From assembly GCA_021613535.1 (NCBI GenBank), contig CP075492.1, forward strand, positions 2,356,001 through 2,420,000: 64,000 nt of DNA, given 5' to 3'. The position numbers were made by a program, and so were the translations under genes. Under the pieces are notes generated by a model. That model was not told the origin of the DNA. It ran no database searches and was given only the letters and a program-made list of their open reading frames with translations. The stretch's first letter is position 1; every line of letters starts with the position of its first letter. This DNA is from Adineta vaga. Lineage: Eukaryota > Animalia > Rotifera. Shown piece by piece: positions 53,217 through 64,000 of this stretch.

Positions 53217-54377
53217 TATTAAACAGAAGATATACTACAAACTATCTATGTGAAAAAGAAAATTATCATTATCAAAACTAATGTATTCATCTGTAATAGC
53301 TACGGGAAATAAATCTATATGGGAAAATCATGCGCGAATTGCTCGAATTATTCAATAAAAAACAACACCAGTGGGGGCTGTTTGCTTGTTTTTTTACTTG
53401 TAAATTTTTACTCTTTCTCAATACTTGTATGAAAAGTTACTCTTGGAGTAAGGATCAAGGCGAATTGGTCAAGGATTTTCTATGACTTTTAGCAAGTTTC
53501 AATAGTTTTAGAGGTTTCAGGAATTTATGAGAAAGCTGATGGTTGGAATCGATAGAGCTCGTCGAGTTCGACATGGAACCAGCTAGGGCAGAGTTGGAAC
53601 GCATATAATAACGAATAAATCCTGGAAAAAGTCGAATCGGACGCTACGATATCCGACGTAAATGAATTCTGTAAAGATTGTCCTTGACAACTCACTGAAC
53701 AAGTTTTTATTCTTTAATTAATAAAAAACAGTAAATAGCTTTCATGGCTATAGGAGCACATATATGTAAGTTTTTTCTTTGTCAAATCTTGAAAACAATT
53801 TAAACAGATGTCGAAATAGTCAAAATAGTTTGGAGCTCTGGAGAAAAATGTGTGCCACATAAGTAGGACACAGAAATATTTGAATTGATAGTCTGTATAT
53901 GTGCCAACGTAATGAACTGAAACTCTGTCGTTATTTTTTGCATAGAAAATCGAATTTCAACTCTATAGAGACAAATAGCCTGGAATAGTAGATCGGGTAT
54001 ATGTATCATGTAATTTTTAAGATACAAACATGTGATCAAACGTCTGTTGATTATTCTCCAATTGATTAATTGTTATTTACGATTAGTAATGTAAAAAAAA
54101 ATCAAACAGTTTCTGCTTTACGTACTTTTCTAAATCTGAGCTTGATGGAATTGAGTGAATATTTGAGTGAAAATAAATTTTCATGGTTTTTTTCCTTTCT
54201 GTTACAAACATAAATCTATTTCACAGGGTAATAGAAGTGCAGTAATGAAAGAATGTTCTGAGACTTCAGCAGTGTTTCTTCCCACAACGTCAGAGTTCTC
54301 AATTTTTTTCTTCCAAAAAATCCATTTCCTTTGTGTGGAAAGTTATTTAGTAAACAGAAGTATTGCAATGACACTTC

Positions 54378-54425
54378 GGGTGGGTGTGGGTATGGTTAAA
54401 GAGATAATATCTCCACCCATACCCT
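54378..54425. repeat. Junction element
   Basis: GGGTGGGTGTGGGTATGG...CCACCCATACCCT. Confidence 0.8.
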
Positions 54426-54498
54426 ATTTTATCAGCCAAAACTGGATACAGCGATACATAAACTTAACCCACATAGTTCTCATTTGGTATCTGGATTA

Positions 54499-54566
54499 TG
54501 AGGGTGTGGGTAAAGGTACACTAAGAACCAACCTTGCCCACACCCACACCCACACCCACACCCCAA
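54499..54566. repeat. Junction element with a long (CCCACA)4 arm
   Basis: TGAGGGTGTGGGTAAAGG...CCTTGCCCACACCCACACCCACACCCACACCCCAA. Confidence 0.9.
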
Positions 54567-55526
54567 CGATGTGAAAGATTTTGAGTTTGTTTATCAACGA
54601 TTAAATATTTCACATTTAAACAAATACTGTCAAGATCATTTTCATCTAACATTGATAAATTTAAATGTTCAAAATGCCAAGGAATTGTATAAATATGATT
54701 AGATGTTGATTTAAATACAATTGGCCAATGTTTTTCTAAGGATTTAAAAATCTAAACAAAAAAATTGTTTATTAAATCGAATAAGATAATATTTTCTTCT
54801 TACTTTTGCATAATTGTGAAAACTTGATTGAATCGAACAATAAAAATAACAAAGTCGAGGTAAATATTTTTTAAATAAAATTTCAATATGATTTTCATTT
54901 AAAGAAATTTCATCTGTTTGAACCCAATTTTTAACATTGATTGTTAATTTTTGTAAAAAAGTAAGTGGATAAATAATACTTTCAAAATAATCAATATTCA
55001 TAAGAATATTTTCATTTGTTTCTAATTGAAATTCGATTAATTTTAACATTGCTTTCATTGAATAATTAGGAAATTTTAATGATTAATAATTTGAATGTTT
55101 ATGAGAAATGATAACATTAAGAAAAATTAAATTTGGTAGAAAACCATAAAAAATAATCAAAAGATCATCAATTGTTTGTAGGTTTATTGTTACTCTTTTC
55201 AGATATTGATTTGGAGATAATTGTTTATCAAGAATAATTCCTTCATTAACTGCCAATTCGAGTGTATTTAATCTGTAAGATAATTTACTTAAATCAATAT
55301 TTTCTCGACAATATGTGATACATTGAAATAATCGATTATTATATCCATAAAATGATTTAAGTACATCGATTGGTGATAAATAATGAAATATTATAAGAAG
55401 AATTTCATCAGGTAAATTATCGAAATGTGTAACATATTTGTGTGAGGATAAAGATGTAGGATAGAATTGTTTTGTTCTTTTATGCGAATATATTGCGTAA
55501 TCGCCACAATAAAGTCCTTTTTTCAT
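54567..55526 (-). pseudogene. F-box-like gene with internal deletion/frameshift, truncated at a junction element
   Basis: HFDNLPDEILLIIFHYLSPIDVL; last exon WPIVF..IYTIPW..NLSHR runs directly into WGVGVGVG. Confidence 0.7.
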
Positions 55527-55905
55527 TAACTAAATAAACAGAAAATATATATGAGGTGAATTTTCTGTTTTTGTTATTCGACTTACGTAAGAATTGTTTC
55601 TTTTATTATGTGTCATTTCACTAAAATATTTATCTTGTCATTTTCAATGCATATTGTATATAAATATATACCAATTGATAAGAAATATTCTTTGTTAAAA
55701 ATAAACGAACATTATATATGCTAATATGAACTAGAAGCAATCAACTGTCGTCAGATATGATCATCGATGTAGAAAGAAAACAAAAGGTCATGAAGTAGCT
55801 ATTCGTCTTTTTTTCCAGATGATTTTAGCATCCGCAATTGACTTCAATCAAACGTTGTGCTGATTGGTTTCTCGCTTGACAAATGGATGTGGTCTTCATT
55901 TATTT

Positions 55906-55957
55906 TCTTGGGGTGGATGTGGGTGTGAATTTCACACCCACACTCACACCCTCAAAT
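55906..55957. repeat. Junction element forming a near-perfect hairpin with a minimal loop
   Basis: TCTTGGGGTGGATGTGGGTGTGAA-T-TTCACACCCACACTCACACCCTCAAAT. Confidence 0.9.
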
Positions 55958-56100
55958 ATTTACTTATATTACCTATTCCACGCTTCAAGTATTTCATTCT
56001 TATCAAAAGATAGAACACAATTTGATCATTCGATCAGATACTTATGATAAATCAATCTGTTTTTCTTTCAATTATGATATTTTATTGTTGAAACACACTA

Positions 56101-56952
56101 TTAAAAATCATAAAAACGCATTTCAGAAGTAAAAGTAAATAAATGTAAAGCTTGAATAACAAGACATTTTTCGTTGACAATCAAGCCTACTGATTCAATT
56201 AGTCTGTCGTATCGTAATTTTTGTTTCATTTTGCCATCTGCGTTAATTAAAAACAATTCCTTGTCTAGAAATGCATGTAGTAAATATTCATTGTTTGGTA
56301 GAGAATGCAAACAGTGGATGCCTGAATCAAGATCTAGTCTATGCAATACTGTCAAGTCAGTAGGACTTCGTAATTGTAATTGATTTTGTACATTTTTTGT
56401 GCCTCCAATAGCAACTGCTAAATATGAACCATCGCTATTGAATTTAAGGTCAGCAATAATCTCATCTGCATCAAAATTACAAGTCAACGGCGGATCAAAT
56501 CTCTGAAGCAGTTTCCAATTTGTCTGTTGCATCGAGTAAACTTCGATTATTTTATGACTAAAACAAACAAACAGTGTCTGGTCGAAACATGTTGCTGCTG
56601 ACACTTTTTTATTGAACTTCATTACTTCAATAAGTTTTTCATTTTCACTTTCTGTTTTGAACAAATAGAGTTCATCAAGTGAGCAAATGAGAAACTGATT
56701 TAAGTACGACGACCAACAAACATCAATTGCCATAAAATCCCGATTAATACTCAAATGTTCTTTTCCTTGAGCATCAATCAAACTTAATTTGCCTTTAGGA
56801 AAGCATAAGAGATATTGTCCATCTGTAGCCATTACTTTTCGATCAAAATCTATTTGAACACGCTTTCGAGGTTCTTCTATTAGTTTTTTTAATGTTACTA
56901 TTACTTCTTCTCTAACATCTGGTTTACAGTTCGTTGACGATTGTTCAGCCAT
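56101..56952 (-). CDS. Uncharacterised beta-propeller-like protein, intronless
   Basis: 283-aa ORF; IDVCWSSYLNQFLI, DLKFNSDGSYLAV. Confidence 0.65.
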   Translation of the reverse strand: MAEQSSTNCKPDVREEVIVTLKKLIEEPRKRVQIDFDRKVMATDGQYLLCFPKGKLSLIDAQGKEHLSINRDFMAIDVCWSSYLNQFLICSLDELYLFKTESENEKLIEVMKFNKKVSAATCFDQTLFVCFSHKIIEVYSMQQTNWKLLQRFDPPLTCNFDADEIIADLKFNSDGSYLAVAIGGTKNVQNQLQLRSPTDLTVLHRLDLDSGIHCLHSLPNNEYLLHAFLDKELFLINADGKMKQKLRYDRLIESVGLIVNEKCLVIQALHLFTFTSEMRFYDF

Positions 56953-57409
56953 TTTTTTCGATCTTAATGGTCGATGTGATAAAAATGAAATGATGAATCT
57001 TCATGTTTCAGTGGCCTTTTATAGTTTTCCGTGAATAGCAAAATGATTGTGTTGCTCTTCGCCGAAAATTCTTTTCGGAGAATTGCATATAAATTGTTTG
57101 TTTCACTTGCTCTCTGAATGTTAAAAAAAAATACTTTATCTAAACCATGCTTCTTTTCTTCCTAACCTTATCGCTTATTCTTTGAGTTTATAAACGATAG
57201 TCTGTTCTTTTATCGTTCTAGCTTTTCATACTTCTCTTTGTTTATTGTTTACCTACTTCTATTCATTATATCAAAATATTCTAAGAAAATCTGTACACCA
57301 AGCAGATAAATGTTGAAATCGTTACCAGACGAGTTACTACTGCTCATCTTCAGTTATCTACATAAATTCGAAATATTAGTATGAATAAAATATTATCGAC
57401 TTGCATGTT

Positions 57410-57769
57410 TTAGTCAAGTGGAATATAATAAATAAAAATTAAATTTTTTTGACAATATTTTTTTAATAAATAAGTTATTTGTTCATAAGAATGAATCATT
57501 CGTTGATCAGTATCATCAATTAATGAGATGATAACTATAATTGGTATTTCAATTGAATCAGATGAGACAAGAAATTGTATTGTTATACTAATTCGTTGAT
57601 GTTGATATTGACAAAGATTGCCGTAGAAACTCGGAGGACAAAAACATACTAATTTTGTAAGATTGTTTTCTTTATTTAACCAAACTATTGATTCAAGACC
57701 TTGATGACAACGTTGTTGTTGTTGTTCTTCTTCTTTAAATACATTTAAAATGATCACCACTTGATGCAA
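57410..57769 (-). pseudogene. Internal fragment of an EGF-containing receptor gene
   Basis: RCHQGL..CFCPPSFYGNLCQYQHQRISITIQF, with no flanking exons. Confidence 0.6.
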
Positions 57770-58143
57770 GAAAAGGTTACAAAACGTTTTTGCAACATTA
57801 TTTTGCTTTGAAGTATAACTAACTTATATCAATCATGATAAGAAAGATGAATAAGACTGAATTAATAAAGCACTTAGAGGTACTTGCGTCCAATGTCTGA
57901 TGGAAAACAGTATAAATTAGAAAAGAGAGATTTCAATCACTGACAATCGGTGCTTGTTTTTGATGAAGAATTGTAAATAACAGAAAGAAACTTTATTCTA
58001 TTTCGATAGATTATAATAAATATGATTTTTATTTAAACGGGACATTCGGGACATTAAAATTGTATTGAGAAAATAAACCAATTTTTTTTCTATTGAACTG
58101 TTTTTTAATGAGAGAGACATAGAATGATTGGCTGTTATATATA

Positions 58144-58460
58144 ATAATATATAATAATAACGTCCCATAGGCTTTTCGCCCGTTGAGGCCGGCCGCGGTT
58201 ATTATTAGTATTTTTTCCACATGCAGCCGGGTTCTATCGTCTTTTCTTTTTACGGACGGCGGTATCTGCACCCTCTTCCGTCCAACATACTCACTAAGCG
58301 TGTAGCCAGTATGAATGACTCATGTGGAATGAGTCATGTTTAGACAACTTAGCCGTTAGTGACTTGTCTAGGGTCATTCCATGGATGATGTTACTGAGGT
58401 TTGAATACAGTACCTTGAAGTTACGTGTCGAACAACGTAACCACTCAACCATGGCGGCAT
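58144..58460 (-). mobile_element. tRNA-derived SINE with (TTA/TA)n tail and 11-bp TSD
   Basis: 5' GCCGCCATGGTTGAGTGGTTA (A box), GTATTCAAACC (B-box-like), GC-richer body; TSD TGTTATATATA at 58133-58143 and 58461-58471. Confidence 0.75.
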
Positions 58461-59863
58461 TGTTATATATATTCCAGCTATATATAGAAATGAAATTTTT
58501 TTTCCTTTTCGGTATATATTTATTCAATTCTACGGTCACGCAGTGACTTGAAAAGTCATCAGATTTCAAATTTGTCTTTTTTTTAAAGGAATAGACTTAC
58601 TTTTATTTTTACTCATATTCTCAAAAAATCAAGTTTTAAATAACAAATGTTCTGTTGAATATGATCAAGCCAAAAAAGAGACTACTTATATTACCATTGT
58701 CATGAAAAAATTAAATACTTGAGGCGAAATCAAAGTTAATATTAAGTTTTGATTCGCTGATTCGAATCTATGAAGATATTTTTGTCGTTAATTCAAGGTC
58801 ATTAAGATTTGAAAATATTTGACATATTAAATCTATTTCATTAGATGTATTTCTCAGTGCAAAGTGACGTACATAGAACTAATATCACGTTTTACATGCC
58901 GTTGCTTAGGAATAAATCACTTTAATTTAACAGATGTTGATTAACGGTCGTGTTAATATTGATTTTAAACAAAAGTAAATATTCCATCCCTAATTACAGG
59001 TAATAATAGACGATTTCATGTCCTAATTGAAAGTCGGTAAATTTAATTCTGAATCAGATGTTTCTTCTAAATATTCTTGTGGAATGATTATTACCGAGCT
59101 TATGGATCTAATTTTTCTTTTTAATTGTATTTCTCATAGATATATGCTCATATCTTTTGCACCACAAACATAACAAATCGAGGTACAATCAGATTTTATT
59201 TTATTTAACGATAATAAAGAGTTGTGTGTGAACAAATAAAATGATGAAAGAGATTAGATTATAGATGATTAAGGGAAAAAACTAGAGGTCTCTGAATATA
59301 TGTATCTAAGTTTGAACTTATAATCTTCAGTTTATGTTAGGAGCCAATTGCGCTTCTATTCTGCAACGGAAAATAAATATTCTACAGCTATGGGCAATTC
59401 ATTGTTCAATAAAAACTACGCATGAATGTGACTTTTCATTTTTATCGTATTTTTTGGTATAACAGGTTAAGAATAGATACAGACAGATGTAAAATGTAGG
59501 TGTTTCCTCATAATTGGTCTTACCTGACATTCTTCCGAAAATTATAAGATTTGTTAAAAACTAGTTTTTCAGTTTGAATCAGTAATAAAAAGACGAGTAT
59601 CGAATTGATCAACGACTGTGATTCCGAACAACTGAAAGATATACTTCTCTCCCATAAGTTTTAAGAGTTGTGTTTGTAATCGATCATCTTTCATTTCTTA
59701 TCAGAAGATTATTTATGTCGTGTAAATTTCCGATCTAGATGGTGTAGTTACAAAGATATAAATTTCAAAACATCGTATTCATCATTTTGGACAAACAGTT
59801 AATAGAGATATTTAAATCTTCTTAAATAAGAAATATTTTCTCATTTTATTTTTAGTAAAGAAT

Positions 59864-61092
59864 TTAATCAAAAACGATTTCATATTTTTCTATACGATAA
59901 TTATCACAATCAGCAACATAAAGATTTCCTTCGAAATCAAGTGATAAACCATTTGGAAATTTTAATTGATCTGTTTCATTTCTTTCACTATTTCCACCAA
60001 CAACTATTTCACCTTGTGTACTTCCTTCATACCAACGCATTATTCGATCATTATTTGAATCAGACACATAAATTTGAGCAAAATCATCGACAACTACAAC
60101 AAAAGGATAAGATAATTGATTAAGATTATTACCTTCACCATTACCACCTGCTACAATAACACCTTGTTTCCATTTCATGATACGATTATTTCTGCTATCA
60201 GATATATAAACAGATTGTTCGTCATCAACAAAGATAAATGTAGGTCCATTGAGTTGATTAACTTGATTTCCACCAGCAACTAATAATTGCTGTTTTCTTC
60301 CAAAATTCCATCTTCTTAGTTCGTTCTTCTCATGATCACAAACATAAATAAATCCATATTTATCCCTTGCTAAACCATAACAATCAATATTATCAATAAG
60401 AATTTGTGGTTCTGAATATTTTGAATAAAACCATCGAATGACTCATGAATTTCCCAGATCAGCAATAATATATGAATCGTTTCTTTTATTAACGATTAAA
60501 TCTGTTGGATATTTTAATTGATAAATTTGATTTTCATCAACAAAAATTGCACTAGGATTATTAATATGATATAATTCATTATTACCAACTAAAGTAATTC
60601 CATTTTTATATTTTAATTCTAAAATTAAACATATAAAGTTCGTTGTTTTTCTTTTCATGAACAACGGTAAACAAAACATACTTAATGATGATGATCAAAT
60701 AGAAATTCGATCTATACATGATTAAATTCATTTTCTTCACGAATTATTTTAATTTGTTGATTTAATTCAGTAAATTTTTCTTTTGTTTCATCAATTAATA
60801 TATTCGTATATTGATTCACTTTTTTCCGACAATATTCAGCTGTTTATTGGATTTTTTCAATTGATTCTTGTTCCCATTCATTAATTTGTTTAATTAAAAT
60901 TGAATTTTGTTTTCCATCATGAATTTCTTGTTGAAATTGATTAAAATCATTGACTATTTCATCTAAATCACCATTTATCGCTTGTCGATGTTCTTCCAAA
61001 TGTAAAAAACAATATTCTTTTAAACATCCTCGACAAAAATAAGTAATTTTGTCTTTTTTACATGTTGAACATTGCATTTTATTATTTTCCAT
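59864..61092 (-). pseudogene. B-box-like/coiled-coil plus NHL-repeat gene, frameshifted
   Basis: CSTC..CRGCLKEYCFLHLEEH; VAGGNGEG..QLSYP, GNLYVADCDNYRI; split across frames. Confidence 0.7.
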
Positions 61093-61489
61093 TACTGTTA
61101 TCTTTATAAAAAGAAAGAAAGAAAGAGAATGATTTTGTAAAAAATTTTTGAAGTATAATTGTCTATTGGTAACTAAAATCAGTTATAGAACGAATAGATG
61201 TCGTCCTTTATCGAATGTACAAAATATATACACATTTGCTGATTGTCTATGACTATGATTCATCGTTATAAATAATTACTTATTTCCTCTTCCTTTGCTC
61301 ACACATGATTATTATTGATAATACTTTTTAAGAATAAAATCAGAATTTTGTCGCCATCTGTTGATTTTACTTTTGAAGTCAACAGTATAACCGATTATTT
61401 AACAGAGAAAAGAATAAAACAGTATGTTATCACAAACATGATAACATCATGAGTCAATAATAGAGATTCTTTTGTGGAGTTATATAAAA

Positions 61490-62173
61490 ATGACTGCGAG
61501 TTTTTATTGTCATAAAATGCTTCTTATTTTTAGTTTTGTTTTATTTTATTCTATACAAGTTCGTAGTACTTCAGTGTTGTCTTGTAATTTTGAAGATGGA
61601 ACGATGTGTGAAATGCAGAATAGTCTGTGGTTTGATCCTGAACGTCCTGTTCATAATTTTACTTTAACTACTGGAGAAAACGTACCTGATAAATCATTAG
61701 CACCGATGACAGATCATACTTACAATACTAGTTCAGGTCATTTTGCTTATTGGCATCAACCATTGGGTTCTCCACATACAGATAGGGACGGTTGTTTAAG
61801 TATACCGATATTCGAACTGCATGAGCATTTGTGTTTTAATTTTGCTTATTATATCAAATCGATGAATAGCATTCGTAATGGAACAGTATTAACTGTTTCT
61901 ATCAAAGGATGTTACAGCAGCACATTATGGGTGATCCGTACGGATGATACTCTTGGTTGGAAAACTGATCGAATCCAACTTCTTGATCTTACATGTAATG
62001 TAACGATTTGGTTCAATATCATGGCAGATATTAAAAATAGTGTTTCTGTTGCACTTGATGATATTACCATTGATACTTGTCCAAGATATACAACAACAAC
62101 AATTTCTGGTTATTCACCATCACTCGCTATAAATATTTATCTATTAATGATTATTTTGATTATTATTCTGTAA
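61490..62173 (+). CDS. Single MAM-domain protein with signal peptide and hydrophobic (GPI-like) C-terminus
   Basis: CNFEDG.MC, P.TDHT..SSGHFAY, CFNFAYY, VALDDITI. Confidence 0.85.
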   Translation: MTASFYCHKMLLIFSFVLFYSIQVRSTSVLSCNFEDGTMCEMQNSLWFDPERPVHNFTLTTGENVPDKSLAPMTDHTYNTSSGHFAYWHQPLGSPHTDRDGCLSIPIFELHEHLCFNFAYYIKSMNSIRNGTVLTVSIKGCYSSTLWVIRTDDTLGWKTDRIQLLDLTCNVTIWFNIMADIKNSVSVALDDITIDTCPRYTTTTISGYSPSLAINIYLLMIILIIIL

Positions 62174-63084
62174 TTGTATCATTTTTTCTAATAAAAAAAA
62201 TTGATAAATATAATACTGGATGATTTCTGATCACACGGTTATACCATAACATTTTAGATTATGAATTCATTAAGTATATCTCCACGTATACGTATTGATT
62301 TAAATTTATTTACGTTATGAAGAAAAATTTAATTAATTAAATTGAAATCTAAATATTTTTTTTAAAATTTTCATCAACACGCATATCTGATAAGTCACAA
62401 ATCTTACATCCTCAATATTATCTCGATAATTTGTATGACTAAATATATGAAACAAGAAATTTGAAACTATTCTCTATATTTTCATAGCGTATTTTAATAT
62501 TCGGTTCAGATTCAAGGTGCATATGTCTGAGACAAATTTAATTGTTTTACTTTTTCTCTGTTTTTACACATATCTTTTTGGAATATTTGTACTTTTTGTG
62601 ATAGATTTCAATCACTAGAACAAAACAGAAAGGAGTATTTCTTTCTTTTACGTTCTTCATTAAAACACAACTGATTTTCTTTATATTCCAATACACTTAC
62701 ATAGAAAAACGTCATGGCAATGTAATGGTACCTTAATGAATAATGTTTCCGATTACTCCCAATTTTTGACTGTGGATGAAATTATTCAATTATCACGTGA
62801 TTTTGCTCATAAACATCCAAATCAACGTTGGTTTTCGAGTTCATTTTCAATTTGCAATTGTATACAATTCAATTCGTACCATCTGATTTTCTTTATGCTC
62901 TACATAATATTAGTTTTGGTAGATTGTTTTATTATATAAAACAATTGTTAATGGATATATTTTCTCCATTAAAATATCTTTCATTAATATTAGATTCATT
63001 TACTTCCAAAGAAGAAAGTGAAGGTCCTTAGATGAAGAAATATTTTATTAGTGACGATGCAATTACTTAAAATGATAGTCATCC

Positions 63085-64000
63085 ATGTTTTGCCGTTCTG
63101 TGACAAAATCTACACATTCGTCAACATCAGTAAATGTGTGGATTTTATTAATAACTTTTTGTAGAGTAGGGAATAAATAAAGATGATCATTCGTAGAATT
63201 GTCAATATTTGGATCTAACCATAACAAAATGTAATCATGATTAATATAAGAATGTGCATGGAAATTTTCAAAACACGTCATTGTATTGGAACTACAGATA
63301 GTAAAATTAGAATTAAAATTTGTTTTTCTACAATTAACTAACAGAATTGAAGACTATCAAATATTATTGCTTTTTCTCTGTAACTGATGATCTTTTTACT
63401 CTACAGATGAGTTTTTAATGAATTGTTTTCGAACTGATATTTTGAGGACATCTCTCTGTAAATTTTAAGTAATGAAATAGTTACCATTAAATGTAGAAAA
63501 TTATCTTATTTCGATGGTAAATTCATATTAAGCTAATATAAAATGAAATAAGAAGAGTTTTTAGTATTTGTACTATTTTTGATCTAATGATTCGTTTAGA
63601 ATACATTGAGACACTTACTATGCACCTGTGTATATTGCCATTGCTGACTTTCTTATCATAAAGGCTTACGAAAAGTATATTTATTCTGTTGAAAAAGAAA
63701 GAATACAGCCATATAATATATATTTTACTTTTAATAGCAGCGATGGATTTATTATTGCATTGTTGATCTTTTTTTATTCTTTATCTTTTGAATAAATTCA
63801 GATATTTCTATATGCATATTCTTTCCAAGATGAAACTATATATATATAAGAAAAGAAAGACATTCATACCATCAGGATTTTGTTATTGAAACGTTCAACT
63901 ACATGAGCAAATAGATGTATTTGATAATTAATAATTATAATTAATAGTAAATGATGATAGAAACCAATAAATATTAACCTTCATTTTATTTCTGTTTTAA
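63085..64000 (-). pseudogene. Copy B: upstream region and first ~66 codons of the ART-TPR gene, truncated
   Basis: MTCFENFH..FVTERQN nearly identical to ORF 13125; identity stops at 63085 and continues to the window edge. Confidence 0.9.

Noticed and set aside
153-55957. CRISPR array interpretation of the repeated palindrome
   Set aside because: Copies are kilobases apart and degenerate, the context is eukaryotic with introns, and there are no cas genes.
62401-62417. Possible very degenerate junction element (CTTACATCCTCAATA)
   Set aside because: Too diverged to distinguish from chance.
62736-62830. Possible M14 carboxypeptidase N-terminal exon (FLTVDEIIQLSRDFAHKHP)
   Set aside because: Too short and no catalytic motifs follow.

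Overview
AT-rich eukaryotic DNA with short (about 50-60 bp) GT-AG introns. The gene families (ART-TPR proteins, F-box/LRR-like, Kelch, NHL, orphan rhodopsin-type GPCRs, LDLa/EGF fragments, bacterial/fungal-like enzymes) point to a bdelloid rotifer (Adineta/Rotaria-like; inference). The window is a patchwork of about 25 unrelated genes, pseudogenes and gene fragments in mixed orientation. The main unexplained structure is a short palindrome with about 26 full, half or degenerate copies. Its consensus, read by eye, is TCTTGAGGGTGTGGGTGTGGGTG-[variable spacer, about 3-45 nt]-CACCCACACCCACACCCTCAAGAT. It sits almost always at gene boundaries, and several genes are truncated exactly at it. The arms are TGTGGG/TGAGGG hexamers, which I recall as the bdelloid telomeric repeats, arranged like a telomere-telomere fusion. 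The region therefore reads like an array of gene-sized cassettes, each capped by telomere-like inverted ends. No recombinase or transposase is visible. Also present: a tRNA-derived SINE with an 11-bp TSD, and a recent (about 98% identical) inverted duplication of the 5' part of an ART-TPR gene 50 kb away. All exon boundaries were read by eye and are approximate.
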